A DNA stretch of 45,990 nt from an uncultured Planctomycetaceae bacterium. Its GTDB lineage: Bacteria > Planctomycetota > Planctomycetia > Pirellulales > JAEUIK01. Where the stretch lies: positions 1 through 45,990 of the forward strand of contig CAZNXE010000007.1 in NCBI GenBank assembly GCA_964576465.1, given 5' to 3'. The notes below the pieces were generated by a model, which ran no database searches, was not told where the DNA came from, and saw only the letters and a program-made list of their open reading frames with translations. The position numbers and the translations under genes were made by a program. Below, one piece after another: positions 37,065-44,812 of this stretch (position 1 is the first letter of the stretch; every line of letters starts with the position of its first letter).

Positions 37065-37230
37065 CTTCAGCCACCGTCGGGAGCGTGCTGGCACTCACGT
37101 CTTGCTGCTCATTGTCAAACACGAACAATCCCGGGAGTTTCGCTCAAACCGGTTGCTGCGCATCCGCCGTTTCTGCATCTGGATCGATGGTGAAATTGGT
37201 GTTGTTTTCTTCCGTCACGCTCTCTTTGAA

Positions 37231-37260
37231 GCATCTTGTCGCTGCGCGGCCGGGCCACCC
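37231..37260. repeat. Right inverted repeat partner.
   Basis: The reverse complement of GCATCTTGTCGCTGCGCGGCCGGGCCACCC is GGGTGGCCCGGCCGCGCAGCGACAAGATGC. Confidence 0.8.
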
Positions 37261-37263
37261 CGT

Positions 37264-37296
37264 CTACCATGCCTTCGCCCGCGCGGGCCTTACGGC
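37264..37296. repeat. Direct repeat 2 (33 bp), a non-coding copy of the M20 3' end.
   Basis: CTACCATGCCTTCGCCCGCGCGGGCCTTACGGC lies 320 bp downstream of repeat 1. Confidence 0.9.
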
Positions 37297-37336
37297 AAGC
37301 TAGAGCCGCTCGCAACACACACCGCCTTCTACTCGA

Positions 37337-37726
37337 TCAAAAGACGTCGAGGATGAAGTGGTGTCCGCGGTAATAGCGACGCGATTCGGAAAAATACTTG
37401 CTCTTGCTTCCGAAATGAGCATATTGATCACGCTGGCGCTTGCGACCCTCGGGATAGTAGTTGTGCCATTGGCGGTTGTAGACCGGAATCCGCATCTCTT
37501 GCGGATAGCGATGGTACATGTCGTTCGAGCTACGAAAGTAGTCTTCCGCCCAAAAGTTGTGAGGGTAGTAGACATACGGGTAGCTGTAGAACCGTTGCCA
37601 ATCTTGTGTGTTATAAGTTCCGCCCCATTGACGGCCGTAGGCCTGTTGAGCGTTGGCATCTGAATCGGCCAGCGCGACGGCCAGCCCCATGGCGCAGCCA
37701 AGCACCAACAACGTGCATCGCAACAT
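37337..37726 (-). CDS. Small secreted Tyr/Trp/His/Arg-rich hypothetical protein.
   Basis: The ATG at 37726 gives the signal peptide MLRCTLLVLGCAMGLAVALADSDANAQ. The mature ~100 aa contains 17 Tyr by my count (YSYPYVYYPHNFW, WHNYYPEG, RRYYRGHHF). The track ORF extends to 37777. Confidence 0.6.
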   Translation of the reverse strand: MLRCTLLVLGCAMGLAVALADSDANAQQAYGRQWGGTYNTQDWQRFYSYPYVYYPHNFWAEDYFRSSNDMYHRYPQEMRIPVYNRQWHNYYPEGRKRQRDQYAHFGSKSKYFSESRRYYRGHHFILDVF

Positions 37727-38170
37727 AAGGAATCCCCCCCGTGTCGTTGCTTGAAGAGCGTAGCCCGGATGATTCATGAAGGTCGTCGCGAGGGGCCCTA
37801 GGTCGAGTCAGATGCAAGGAAAAGAATGACTTGGCTGCGCAGTGTATTGGTGAATACGTGAGCAAAGACAAGTCGTTCTTTGACAAAGCAGTTGGCCGAC
37901 TTAGGGCTCCGTAGCAGATCGCTCATGAATCATTCGGGATAGCCACCTGACCGCCCGCGCGAGGTCCTCCGCGGCGATCACCGGCAGCTGGGTCTGTAAT
38001 ATCCCATCGGCAGCCCGAACAGGCCGCATTGAGCGAATATTCGTTACAGCCGTTTTACCCTTCGGCGCCCGCAAATTTGCCCCATCTTGAGAGCAATTGG
38101 CTGCGGTTCGCAAAGCGGCCACCCAGGAGCTAGACAAGCTAGGGCGACTTTTCCGGCGCGACCGCAGCGA

Positions 38171-38953
38171 CTATTTCGGAAACTGCCCTTGGAGCAGTTC
38201 GCGATCCCATTCTTCCATCAGCGGCCAGTGTGTGGCACAGGTGCCGAAATCGGCCATGCCCAGATAACCCTGGAGACGCTTGATCGTGCTATCAAGCAAA
38301 GCGTCATCTTTGCGGAAGACCGGTCCATGACTGGGAAGCAGCCATTTCACGTCGCTTTCCCGAATCCGCTGCAACGAACGGATGAAGGCCTCGATATCGC
38401 TTCCGTGATGCGCGTCGATGGCACCAACACAGCCGTCGCGATAGATGTTGTCGCCGCTGAAGAGCAACTCTCCCAGGCGAAACGATAGCTGGCTGTCGGT
38501 GTGGCCCGGCGTGTGCCAAACCTCGATTTTAAGATCACCAACAGTGATCACATCACCCTCGTCGACCAGATGGTCCAACGTGACGGGGGTCATCGCCAGA
38601 TCGATTCCCTGGGCTTCAATCTCGGCAAACGTCAGCAGGCGATCGCCCGTGGCCAACGGCTTGGCGGCAAGCTTGTGACCGGTGGTTGTGGCCTTCAAGG
38701 TCGATTTTAACGTTGCCAGTCCCTGAATATGGTCGACATCGGCATGCGTGGCGATGATCGTCTTGCATTGCGACAAGGGGAAGTCCATTTGCCGAATCGT
38801 TTCGACGATTTCTTCCACGGTTTCTTCGTAGCCAATATCGATCATCACCCATTCGGGGCCGTCGTAGATGAGATAAACGTTGCACCCCAAGCGCTGCCCC
38901 GCCTGGTAATTCATCTCAATCACGTGCGGAAAGATCGGTTTCCGCTCCTGCAT
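38171..38953 (-). CDS. MBL-fold metallo-hydrolase.
   Basis: Motifs seen are [17 protein letters not shown], the metal motif region [11 protein letters not shown] (HxDxDH, where canonical is HxHxDH), [10 protein letters not shown] and LLPSHGP. The ATG at 38953 (MQERKP) is the likely start, and the track ORF extends to 39001. Confidence 0.8.
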   Translation of the reverse strand: MQERKPIFPHVIEMNYQAGQRLGCNVYLIYDGPEWVMIDIGYEETVEEIVETIRQMDFPLSQCKTIIATHADVDHIQGLATLKSTLKATTTGHKLAAKPLATGDRLLTFAEIEAQGIDLAMTPVTLDHLVDEGDVITVGDLKIEVWHTPGHTDSQLSFRLGELLFSGDNIYRDGCVGAIDAHHGSDIEAFIRSLQRIRESDVKWLLPSHGPVFRKDDALLDSTIKRLQGYLGMADFGTCATHWPLMEEWDRELLQGQFPK

Positions 38954-39083
38954 GACACGCCTCTCAATCGACAATGCAAACATACTGCGAGAAGGAATCA
39001 ACGTAACACTTCAGCCCCCTGATGGACGTCGGGGCCAAAGTATCACGAAGATTCTAACGCAGAATCGTCCGAGAGCTAGCGTC

Positions 39084-40349
39084 TCAGTCCTCATCGACCG
39101 TGACTTCAACCACCAGATAGAGGCGCAGGCTTCCCGATTCACCCCCGGCGGCGCCTGGTTCCAGGGTTAAGCCACCCACCAAAACGGGGACGCCTATCGG
39201 CACGCGCAATGTCGTGGCGAGTTGTTGCGAGATCACGTCGGTCTGGTCGAGCTTGATCACTCCATGAAAATCGCGCGGCTCGTCCGGCTTCTCGTTCCAC
39301 CGCATTGCCACGCTCTTCAAGTCCAGCACCACGGTCTTGGCACCAGGAAGTCGGGTCGGGGTCAACTCCAGCACCACCCCCGAATTCTGCATCGTGATTA
39401 TCGGCTGGTAGCCGACTTTCGAACTTGGATCTCCGGCTAGTACCTGCGGCTTACTAGCAAGCAGCGTTGACAAGATTCGGGGTACTTTGGGACCACCCGT
39501 CAGAGCATCCTTGGGCTCGTCGACCATCGCCAGCTCGATGCCGTCCGACTCATACTCACTCTCGATCTGTCCCACCACGGGGATCATACTCGTCACCGCA
39601 CTGCGAACGCGTCCCGAGGTGATGTGGACCGTCTGCCCGTCGGAGCACGTCACCTCGCCATGAATGGTCGTCGCGTCATCTTCCATCGATTGCAGGAAAT
39701 CTCGGTTAACCGCCCGCGGTGAATTCGCGTCGCTCTCGAAGAACAGCGCCGTGTATTGCTCATTGTTCAACAGTAGCCAATGGGCACGCACCGTCACGGC
39801 CCCCCGACTACCTTCCTTCCGAAGCGCGTCGAGCAGTTGTGCGATTTTCTCGTGTACTTCCGCTGTCTGCATCACCACCAACTGGCTTCCCAGCTCCCGG
39901 AGCGATCCTAGGCCGCCAATTTCATCCCACGTGTTGGGGTCGATGGTGCCTACGATCACCTCGATGATCGCATCCATGTCAAACCTTGCCACCCTGTCAG
40001 TTGCTCCCGCGCGGACAATCCCGCCAGCACCGCCGCCGGCTCCTCCTCGCTGCGCAAGGATGTCGGGAATAGAAAAATTTCCACCACCACCACCACCACC
40101 AAAGCCGCCGCCGCCGCCGCCACCGCCACCAAAGCCGCCACCACCACTGCGACGCGGCTGTGCTTGAGGCACCGAGGCCGACGGACCTTGATACGGATAG
40201 TCCGGTGCCACGAAGATCAGATCGGCCACCGCGTAGACCTGTACGAACATTTCCGGCTTGTCCTGTGCGTGAACGGCAACCGTCGTGCAGGCGATCATCA
40301 CCATCACCGCCCACATTGCCAACGATGTTCGTTTCGTCATTCGGATCAT
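39084..40349 (-). CDS. Secreted secretin-like protein: a Secretin_N-like module interrupted by poly-Gly, then a divergent short secretin-like C-domain.
   Basis: GAGGAAA lies 5 nt upstream of the ATG. The signal peptide is MIRMTKRTSLAMWAVMVMIACTTVAVHAQ. VQVYAVADL...IIEVIVGTIDPNTWDEIGGLGSLRELGSQLVVMQTAEVHEKIAQLLDALR resembles the secretin N-domain. The later blocks VTVRAHWLLLNNEQ, GVVLELTPTRLPGAKTVVLDLKSVAMRWNE, TTLRVPIGVPVLVGGLT and LRLYLVVEVTV follow the order of conserved secretin-domain blocks. Confidence 0.45.
   Translation of the reverse strand: MIRMTKRTSLAMWAVMVMIACTTVAVHAQDKPEMFVQVYAVADLIFVAPDYPYQGPSASVPQAQPRRSGGGGFGGGGGGGGGFGGGGGGGNFSIPDILAQRGGAGGGAGGIVRAGATDRVARFDMDAIIEVIVGTIDPNTWDEIGGLGSLRELGSQLVVMQTAEVHEKIAQLLDALRKEGSRGAVTVRAHWLLLNNEQYTALFFESDANSPRAVNRDFLQSMEDDATTIHGEVTCSDGQTVHITSGRVRSAVTSMIPVVGQIESEYESDGIELAMVDEPKDALTGGPKVPRILSTLLASKPQVLAGDPSSKVGYQPIITMQNSGVVLELTPTRLPGAKTVVLDLKSVAMRWNEKPDEPRDFHGVIKLDQTDVISQQLATTLRVPIGVPVLVGGLTLEPGAAGGESGSLRLYLVVEVTVDED
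40081..40147. repeat. Trinucleotide simple-sequence tract (CCA/GCC runs) encoding GGGGFGGGGGGGGGFGGGGGGG.
   Basis: The plus strand reads ccaccaccaccaccaccaccaaagccgccgccgccgccgccaccgccaccaaagccgccaccaccac, inside the secretin-like CDS. Confidence 0.9.
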
Positions 40350-40384
40350 GGTGTTTCCTCTTCTTCTGCTGGGGTTTTCTCAGT

Positions 40385-41530
40385 TCAATTCAATGCGGCG
40401 TCGCGCCGCAAACGTAGGTCGATCGCCCGGAGCGTGGGCCAGAGCCGCACATCGTCACGCGCGAATCTGCGAAACTCCTCCGCCACTTCATCGGTGCTAG
40501 TCAGTAGCCCTGCCATTGCCTCCGGCCCGGTGGTACCGTTGATGGCCAACCGCGCGAGCCGTGCCGAGACCCCGGGATCGTTCAGTGCCCCCAATGCCCG
40601 TGCCGCGGCCATCCGGGTTGCCACGCGCCGGCTGCTCAGTGCCGCGAACCACACTTCGACTGCTTGCCTGGAGGCGCTGCTGCATGTCGAGAGTGCCGTG
40701 ATCGAATGAATCGGATCTTCAACCAGCGCGAGAAACTGCCGTGCTGCATCAGGGGACTCTCGCCCGGCGAGCGCGGCCATCCACGTTCGCGCCAAGTTTG
40801 AATCCGCCTCGTCCCGCGCCAGTGCAGCCAGTTCCGTCGCCGTGCAAAGCCGAAGGACCGCCTCGGCCGCATCCACTGAATAGCCTCCCTGCCGGCAGCT
40901 TTCGAGCAACACGGCGAGCGACCGCCGGGTGGCCAGAGGCGCGAGCAGACGGATGACTGCTTCCCGTTTGCTGCCCTGGGTCATCTGCAGCAGCGCGAGC
41001 AAACGAGCCTCACCGTCGGGGTATGTCTCCGCCAAGCGACGGGCGACTGCGGCGGCGTCCTCTGGTCGAGAATCGACAGCGGCGATCGCAACGACAAACG
41101 GATTCTCGGCTTCAGTTTTCTCCGCACGCCGAGCCTTCGCCATTCGTGCGCGGTGCAGAAGTAGCATCGTCCGCTCGTAGGTGTTCGCCGCTCGCACGCG
41201 TTGCGTTTCTTTTGGTTGCGGCTTCTCGACCTTGGCGACCGGACCTTCGTGAAGCGGCTCCTGCGATACGGGGCGCGCGGGGACCGCCTGGACAGTGTCG
41301 CGCTGCTCGACCCGATGGGCCGGCGTTCGCAGAGCAAGGAACCCAATCGCAACGGCCAAGGGCAACAGGAATGAAGCGGCGATCGCGCTGCCCACAACCA
41401 CGCGTTGCCGACGTCGTAACTGATCCCATCGCTGCTCAAGCCGCCCAAGGCGGTCATGCCCAGCCTCGGGCCATTTGGCCGCGTCCAAGATTTCGTCCAG
41501 GATCGGGTCGATCTGCTGGTTGTCTTGCAT
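40385..41530 (-). CDS. Putative anti-sigma factor: single-pass membrane protein with a HEAT-like helical-repeat domain.
   Basis: The ATG at 41530 lies 1 nt after the sigma-factor stop (41534-41532). The protein has a 43-aa N-terminus, one TM segment (VVVGSAIAASFLLPLAVAIGFLAL) and ~310 aa rich in Ala/Arg/Leu, including AAARALGALNDPGVSARLARL. There is no HxxxCxxC zinc motif. The track ORF extends to 41647. Confidence 0.55.
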   Translation of the reverse strand: MQDNQQIDPILDEILDAAKWPEAGHDRLGRLEQRWDQLRRRQRVVVGSAIAASFLLPLAVAIGFLALRTPAHRVEQRDTVQAVPARPVSQEPLHEGPVAKVEKPQPKETQRVRAANTYERTMLLLHRARMAKARRAEKTEAENPFVVAIAAVDSRPEDAAAVARRLAETYPDGEARLLALLQMTQGSKREAVIRLLAPLATRRSLAVLLESCRQGGYSVDAAEAVLRLCTATELAALARDEADSNLARTWMAALAGRESPDAARQFLALVEDPIHSITALSTCSSASRQAVEVWFAALSSRRVATRMAAARALGALNDPGVSARLARLAINGTTGPEAMAGLLTSTDEVAEEFRRFARDDVRLWPTLRAIDLRLRRDAALN

Positions 41531-41531
41531 G

Positions 41532-42044
41532 TCACTTCTCAGCCAAATAATGTTCGAGCCGCCCTCGCAGCCTGGTTCGCGCCAGATGCAGATTCGCGTA
41601 GACACTCGCTTCGCTGATCCGAAGCACCGCGGCGATTTCCCGCGCATCCATCGCGTCGAATGCCGACAACACCATCACTTCTCTCTGCCGTGGTGGAAGT
41701 GCCGAAACTTCGACCGCCACCAGTTCCCCCAACTCGCGAGCCATGGCCAACTCGATCGGTTGCCGACCCTTGGTATCGATCGGTTCTTCAGCCAACTCGC
41801 GTGCCGAAATACCGTGTGCGAGATGATCGCGAAACGTGTTCACCACGATCCGGTAAAGCCAACCGCGGAACGGGGCTTCTCCGCGATAGGTCTTCCACGA
41901 CCGCGCTGCTCGGACCATCGCCTCCTGAACCACCTCCTCGGCGGTATCCAGGTTACCGGTAAGCCGCACGGCAAGCCGCAAAGCTTGAGGCAGATACTCC
42001 TTCAATTGGCGGTCGAACTTGGACCTTCGATCCCAGAACGCCAT
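41532..42044 (-). CDS. ECF (group IV) sigma-70 family RNA polymerase sigma factor.
   Basis: Region 2 is AEEVVQEAMVRAARSWKTYRGEAPFRGWLYRIVVNTFRDH. Region 4 is LPPRQREVMVLSAFDAMDAREIAAVLRISEASVYANLHLARTRLR. Confidence 0.92.
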   Translation of the reverse strand: MAFWDRRSKFDRQLKEYLPQALRLAVRLTGNLDTAEEVVQEAMVRAARSWKTYRGEAPFRGWLYRIVVNTFRDHLAHGISARELAEEPIDTKGRQPIELAMARELGELVAVEVSALPPRQREVMVLSAFDAMDAREIAAVLRISEASVYANLHLARTRLRGRLEHYLAEK

Positions 42045-42158
42045 CGCCCATCCACCTCAGCTTGTTCCACGGAAGCTGCCTCTCCATCCAATCTCTCTTA
42101 TAGACTCGCTTGGCCGATGAATCTCAAACGAATTCCCGACAAAATTCGCTCCGAGAAC

Positions 42159-42181
42159 AAAAAAACGCCAGATTGCGGCGT
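42159..42181 (-). terminator. Candidate rho-independent terminator after the SDR gene.
   Basis: The minus strand reads ACGCC-GCAATCT-GGCGT followed by TTTTTTT, 27 nt downstream of the stop at 42208. The stem is only 5 bp. Confidence 0.4.
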
Positions 42182-42207
42182 AACGGATGGCCATCTGCCT
42201 TGATGAC

Positions 42208-43083
42208 TCACTCCCGAGACCCCTCTTCGGCGACGATGGCGGCCAAACCTTCGCGATACGAGGGATACCTTAGTTCCACGCTCAATTCCTCTAGCATGAG
42301 ACGATTGCTGAGGCGTTTGCTCGATGTTGCGCGTTGCGAGGCAGGGTGATCGGGCGACGGTTCGGCGAACTGCGGCGGGGGGGCGGAGGCCACACGCGCC
42401 AACTCTGCATAATAATCGCCGCGAAGCACGGGACGACCGTCGGAAACCGCATACAGATCGCTCGCCGCATGGCGCTCGGCGGCGAGAACCACCGTGGCTG
42501 CATCCGCCACGTGAATCAGATTCATGTAGCCTAACCGGGGTGCCGCGATCGGTTCTCCCGCACGCAGGGTCGCAATCCGCGGAACGCGCTCTGGGCCATA
42601 GAGGCCCGCCATGCGGAGAATCGTGGCGCGTGAACCGAGTCTGTCTTTCCGCAAACATTGTTCGGCCTCGAGGCAAATGCGTCCGCCTTCGGTGACCGGC
42701 ACGCAGGGCGAGCGTTCATCGACCCGTTCACCAGCAGTCTGTCCGTAGACGCTGGTCGAACTGATGTAGATCAACTGCCGCGTATCATTGCCAAGCGCCG
42801 CGAGCACGTTGCGCAATCCGTCGACATACACCTCTCGCATGCTCGCCTCGGCATCGCGGTCGTAGCCCACGGCATACACCACCGTTTCGACCGCCGGAAG
42901 ATCGCCAAGCGACTCAGGCCTGGTTACATCGCCCACCACCGCTTGCAATCCCAAGTCGCTGAATTGCTCCGCCCGAGCAGGACTCCGGGTCAGCGCGTAA
43001 ACTTCATCGCCATTTTCCAGCCACTTGCGAGCCACGCGCAAACCAAGATACCCGCAGCCGATGATTAGCTTGGATGTTGCCAA
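42208..43083 (-). CDS. NAD(P)-dependent epimerase/dehydratase-type SDR family protein.
   Basis: The N-terminal Rossmann motif is KLIIGCGYLGLRVARKWLENGDEVYALTRS. The ORF is 291 aa with a TTG start. Confidence 0.75.
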   Translation of the reverse strand: MATSKLIIGCGYLGLRVARKWLENGDEVYALTRSPARAEQFSDLGLQAVVGDVTRPESLGDLPAVETVVYAVGYDRDAEASMREVYVDGLRNVLAALGNDTRQLIYISSTSVYGQTAGERVDERSPCVPVTEGGRICLEAEQCLRKDRLGSRATILRMAGLYGPERVPRIATLRAGEPIAAPRLGYMNLIHVADAATVVLAAERHAASDLYAVSDGRPVLRGDYYAELARVASAPPPQFAEPSPDHPASQRATSSKRLSNRLMLEELSVELRYPSYREGLAAIVAEEGSRE

Positions 43084-43097
43084 GGCGGCAGTACCTT

Positions 43098-43619
43098 TCA
43101 GACCCCGTCGTCCAATGCGGCCGGCTCGTCATCTTCGTCCTTGCCAGACTCGAGGAACGATTCCAGCAGAATTTGAGCCGCAACCATGTCACGACGGCTC
43201 TTTTTGCGTTTTCGTGTCAATCCCGCGTCGATCATCTTGGCGTCGGCCTCACTCGAAGTATACCGCTCATCGTGCAGCAATACCCGAACGCCCGTCGTCT
43301 CGGCCAACCAGCGACCGAACTGACGCGCCTCGATCGACTTCTGGCTTTCCTGGCCGTCGAGATGAATCGGAAGACCGACGACGAACAGCGCGATCGATTC
43401 GTCGGTGACCAGCGACTGAAAGTAGCTTGCGTCTTCTTCCGTGCCACGGCGGGTATACGTCTCAAACGGGCTGGCCAACATTCGCATGGCGTCGCTGATG
43501 GCTACTCCAATGCGAACCGTGCCGTAGTCGACCGCGGCCACGCGACCCGGGAGCGAAGTTGGACGATGGGTGGAGTTATCGGGCGTCACGTCTGCCTCTT
43601 CACGCCGGGGGGCACTCAT
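43098..43619 (-). CDS. ruvX: Holliday junction resolvase-like / pre-16S rRNA nuclease RuvX (YqgF).
   Basis: Motifs seen are VAAVDYGTVRIGVAISD, LFVVGLPIHLDGQES and HDERYTSSEA. The ATG at 43619 forms an ATGA overlap with the upstream gene's stop. The track ORF extends to 43886. Confidence 0.85.
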   Translation of the reverse strand: MSAPRREEADVTPDNSTHRPTSLPGRVAAVDYGTVRIGVAISDAMRMLASPFETYTRRGTEEDASYFQSLVTDESIALFVVGLPIHLDGQESQKSIEARQFGRWLAETTGVRVLLHDERYTSSEADAKMIDAGLTRKRKKSRRDMVAAQILLESFLESGKDEDDEPAALDDGV

Positions 43620-44713
43620 AGATAGCGACCGAGATCCTGTTCTTCGATCAATTTGACAAGGTCGCGAATCGATTCTTCGTCGTTCTTGTTGGCCACCAAC
43701 GTGGCGTCGGGTGTGTGGACCACGATGCAATCTCTGAGACCCAGTGTGGCGATCATGTGCCCCTGCTCCCCACGGACGATACAGCCTTTGGTGTCTATTC
43801 CCACATGCCGACCAACGATGACGTTCCCATGTTCGTCTTCGCCGTGTAATCGCGACAGCGACTTCCAGCTTCCCAGGTCGTCCCACGCATACGGCGCTTC
43901 GATCACAACAACATCGGTCGCATGTTCCATCACGGCGAAGTCGATCGATTGCCCTTGAATGGCCGTGAACTCGCGCCGCAACACTTCAGCATAGTCTGGC
44001 TTTCCCTGAGCGTTGGCAATTGCTTCGAGATGGCCGCACATCTCGGGTTCGTGCCGGGCAAGCTCGCGCATGATCTTGGCGGCCTTCCACACGAAGATGC
44101 CTGAGTTCCAGAAAAAGTTTCCCGCCGCAAGATACCCTTTAGCCACATCGGCCTTGGGTTTCTCGCGGAACTGTGTGACACGCATCGCCAGCGGCTTCCC
44201 CCCCTGCCCTGCTCCGTCGGGCACGTCAATCGCTTCGCCAGCTTCAATATAACCGAAGCTTTCGGCCGGATAAGTAGGACGAATTCCAAACGTGACAATG
44301 CGTTCCGGTTGCTCGTCAACCAAGTTGGCCGCCAGTTGAAGCGCGCCTTGAAACGCGTCGCGCGGTGAAATCACATGATCGGCCGGCATGACGACCATCG
44401 TGCCGTCTGGATCATCGCGGAGAATTTGATTCGCGGCCAAGCCAATGCACGGTGCCGTATCGCGTTTGCACGGCTCACCGATAACCGACTCGTCGCTTAG
44501 GTTTGGAAGCTGATTCCGGATGCTCTCGACCAGCAACTCGTTCGTCACAATCAGCACCCGTTCGCCGGGGACCAGATCGGCAATCCGCTCGACAGTGTCT
44601 TGCAGCATCGACCGATCACCAGCCAAGGCGAGTAACTGTTTCGGATTCTTTTTGCGGCTGGCGGGCCAGAATCGCGTTCCAGATCCGCCGGCCATAATCA
44701 CAGCATGCAGCAT
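43616..44713 (-). CDS. manC: Mannose-1-phosphate guanylyltransferase (GDP-mannose pyrophosphorylase), with no PMI domain.
   Basis: MLHAVIMAGGSGTRFWPASR is the nucleotidyltransferase G-loop, and MPADHVI and FWNSGIFVW are present. The ATG at 44713 is the likely start; the track start at 44719 is a TTG. Confidence 0.8.
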   Translation of the reverse strand: MLHAVIMAGGSGTRFWPASRKKNPKQLLALAGDRSMLQDTVERIADLVPGERVLIVTNELLVESIRNQLPNLSDESVIGEPCKRDTAPCIGLAANQILRDDPDGTMVVMPADHVISPRDAFQGALQLAANLVDEQPERIVTFGIRPTYPAESFGYIEAGEAIDVPDGAGQGGKPLAMRVTQFREKPKADVAKGYLAAGNFFWNSGIFVWKAAKIMRELARHEPEMCGHLEAIANAQGKPDYAEVLRREFTAIQGQSIDFAVMEHATDVVVIEAPYAWDDLGSWKSLSRLHGEDEHGNVIVGRHVGIDTKGCIVRGEQGHMIATLGLRDCIVVHTPDATLVANKNDEESIRDLVKLIEEQDLGRYL

Positions 44714-44812
44714 TGACAACCTCCCCGTGGAATCAGCAATCCGTTCTATTTCGCGGTGCGATACGCGACGCGAATCTAACAGAAGCCGCGGCCCTTTGTC
44801 ACCAGCGGCGGG

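Noticed and set aside
37088-37105. TGGCAC...TTGC resembling a sigma-54 promoter inside the 290-bp insert. A second TGGCAC lies at 19823-19828.
   Set aside because: The GG-to-GC spacing is 12 nt at 37088, where 10 is required. At 19823 there is no GC at the -12 position, and the orientation points into the antisense of nuoN.
36791-37303. A 170-aa ORF overlapping the M20 3' end and the insert, ending in the duplicated YHAFARAGLTA peptide.
   Set aside because: It is out of frame with M20 and Arg-rich. The shared C-terminal peptide simply reflects the 33-bp DNA duplication.
37901-38137. A 78-aa minus-strand ORF (TTG start) in the 393-bp gap between the MBL gene and the Tyr-rich protein gene.
   Set aside because: It has no RBS, no recognisable motif and only a modest codon-position GC bias. 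It could be real, but I cannot support it from sequence alone.
43620-43886. N-terminal extensions of track ORFs: ruvX to 43886, sulfatase to 10904, nuoA to 35447, nuoK to 26183, nuoL to 25687, anti-sigma to 41647, MBL to 39001, and the Tyr-rich protein to 37777.
   Set aside because: The extensions are Arg/His/Cys-rich and unlike the protein families concerned. Internal ATGs coincide with upstream stop codons (coupled starts), RBS-like sequences or signal peptides.
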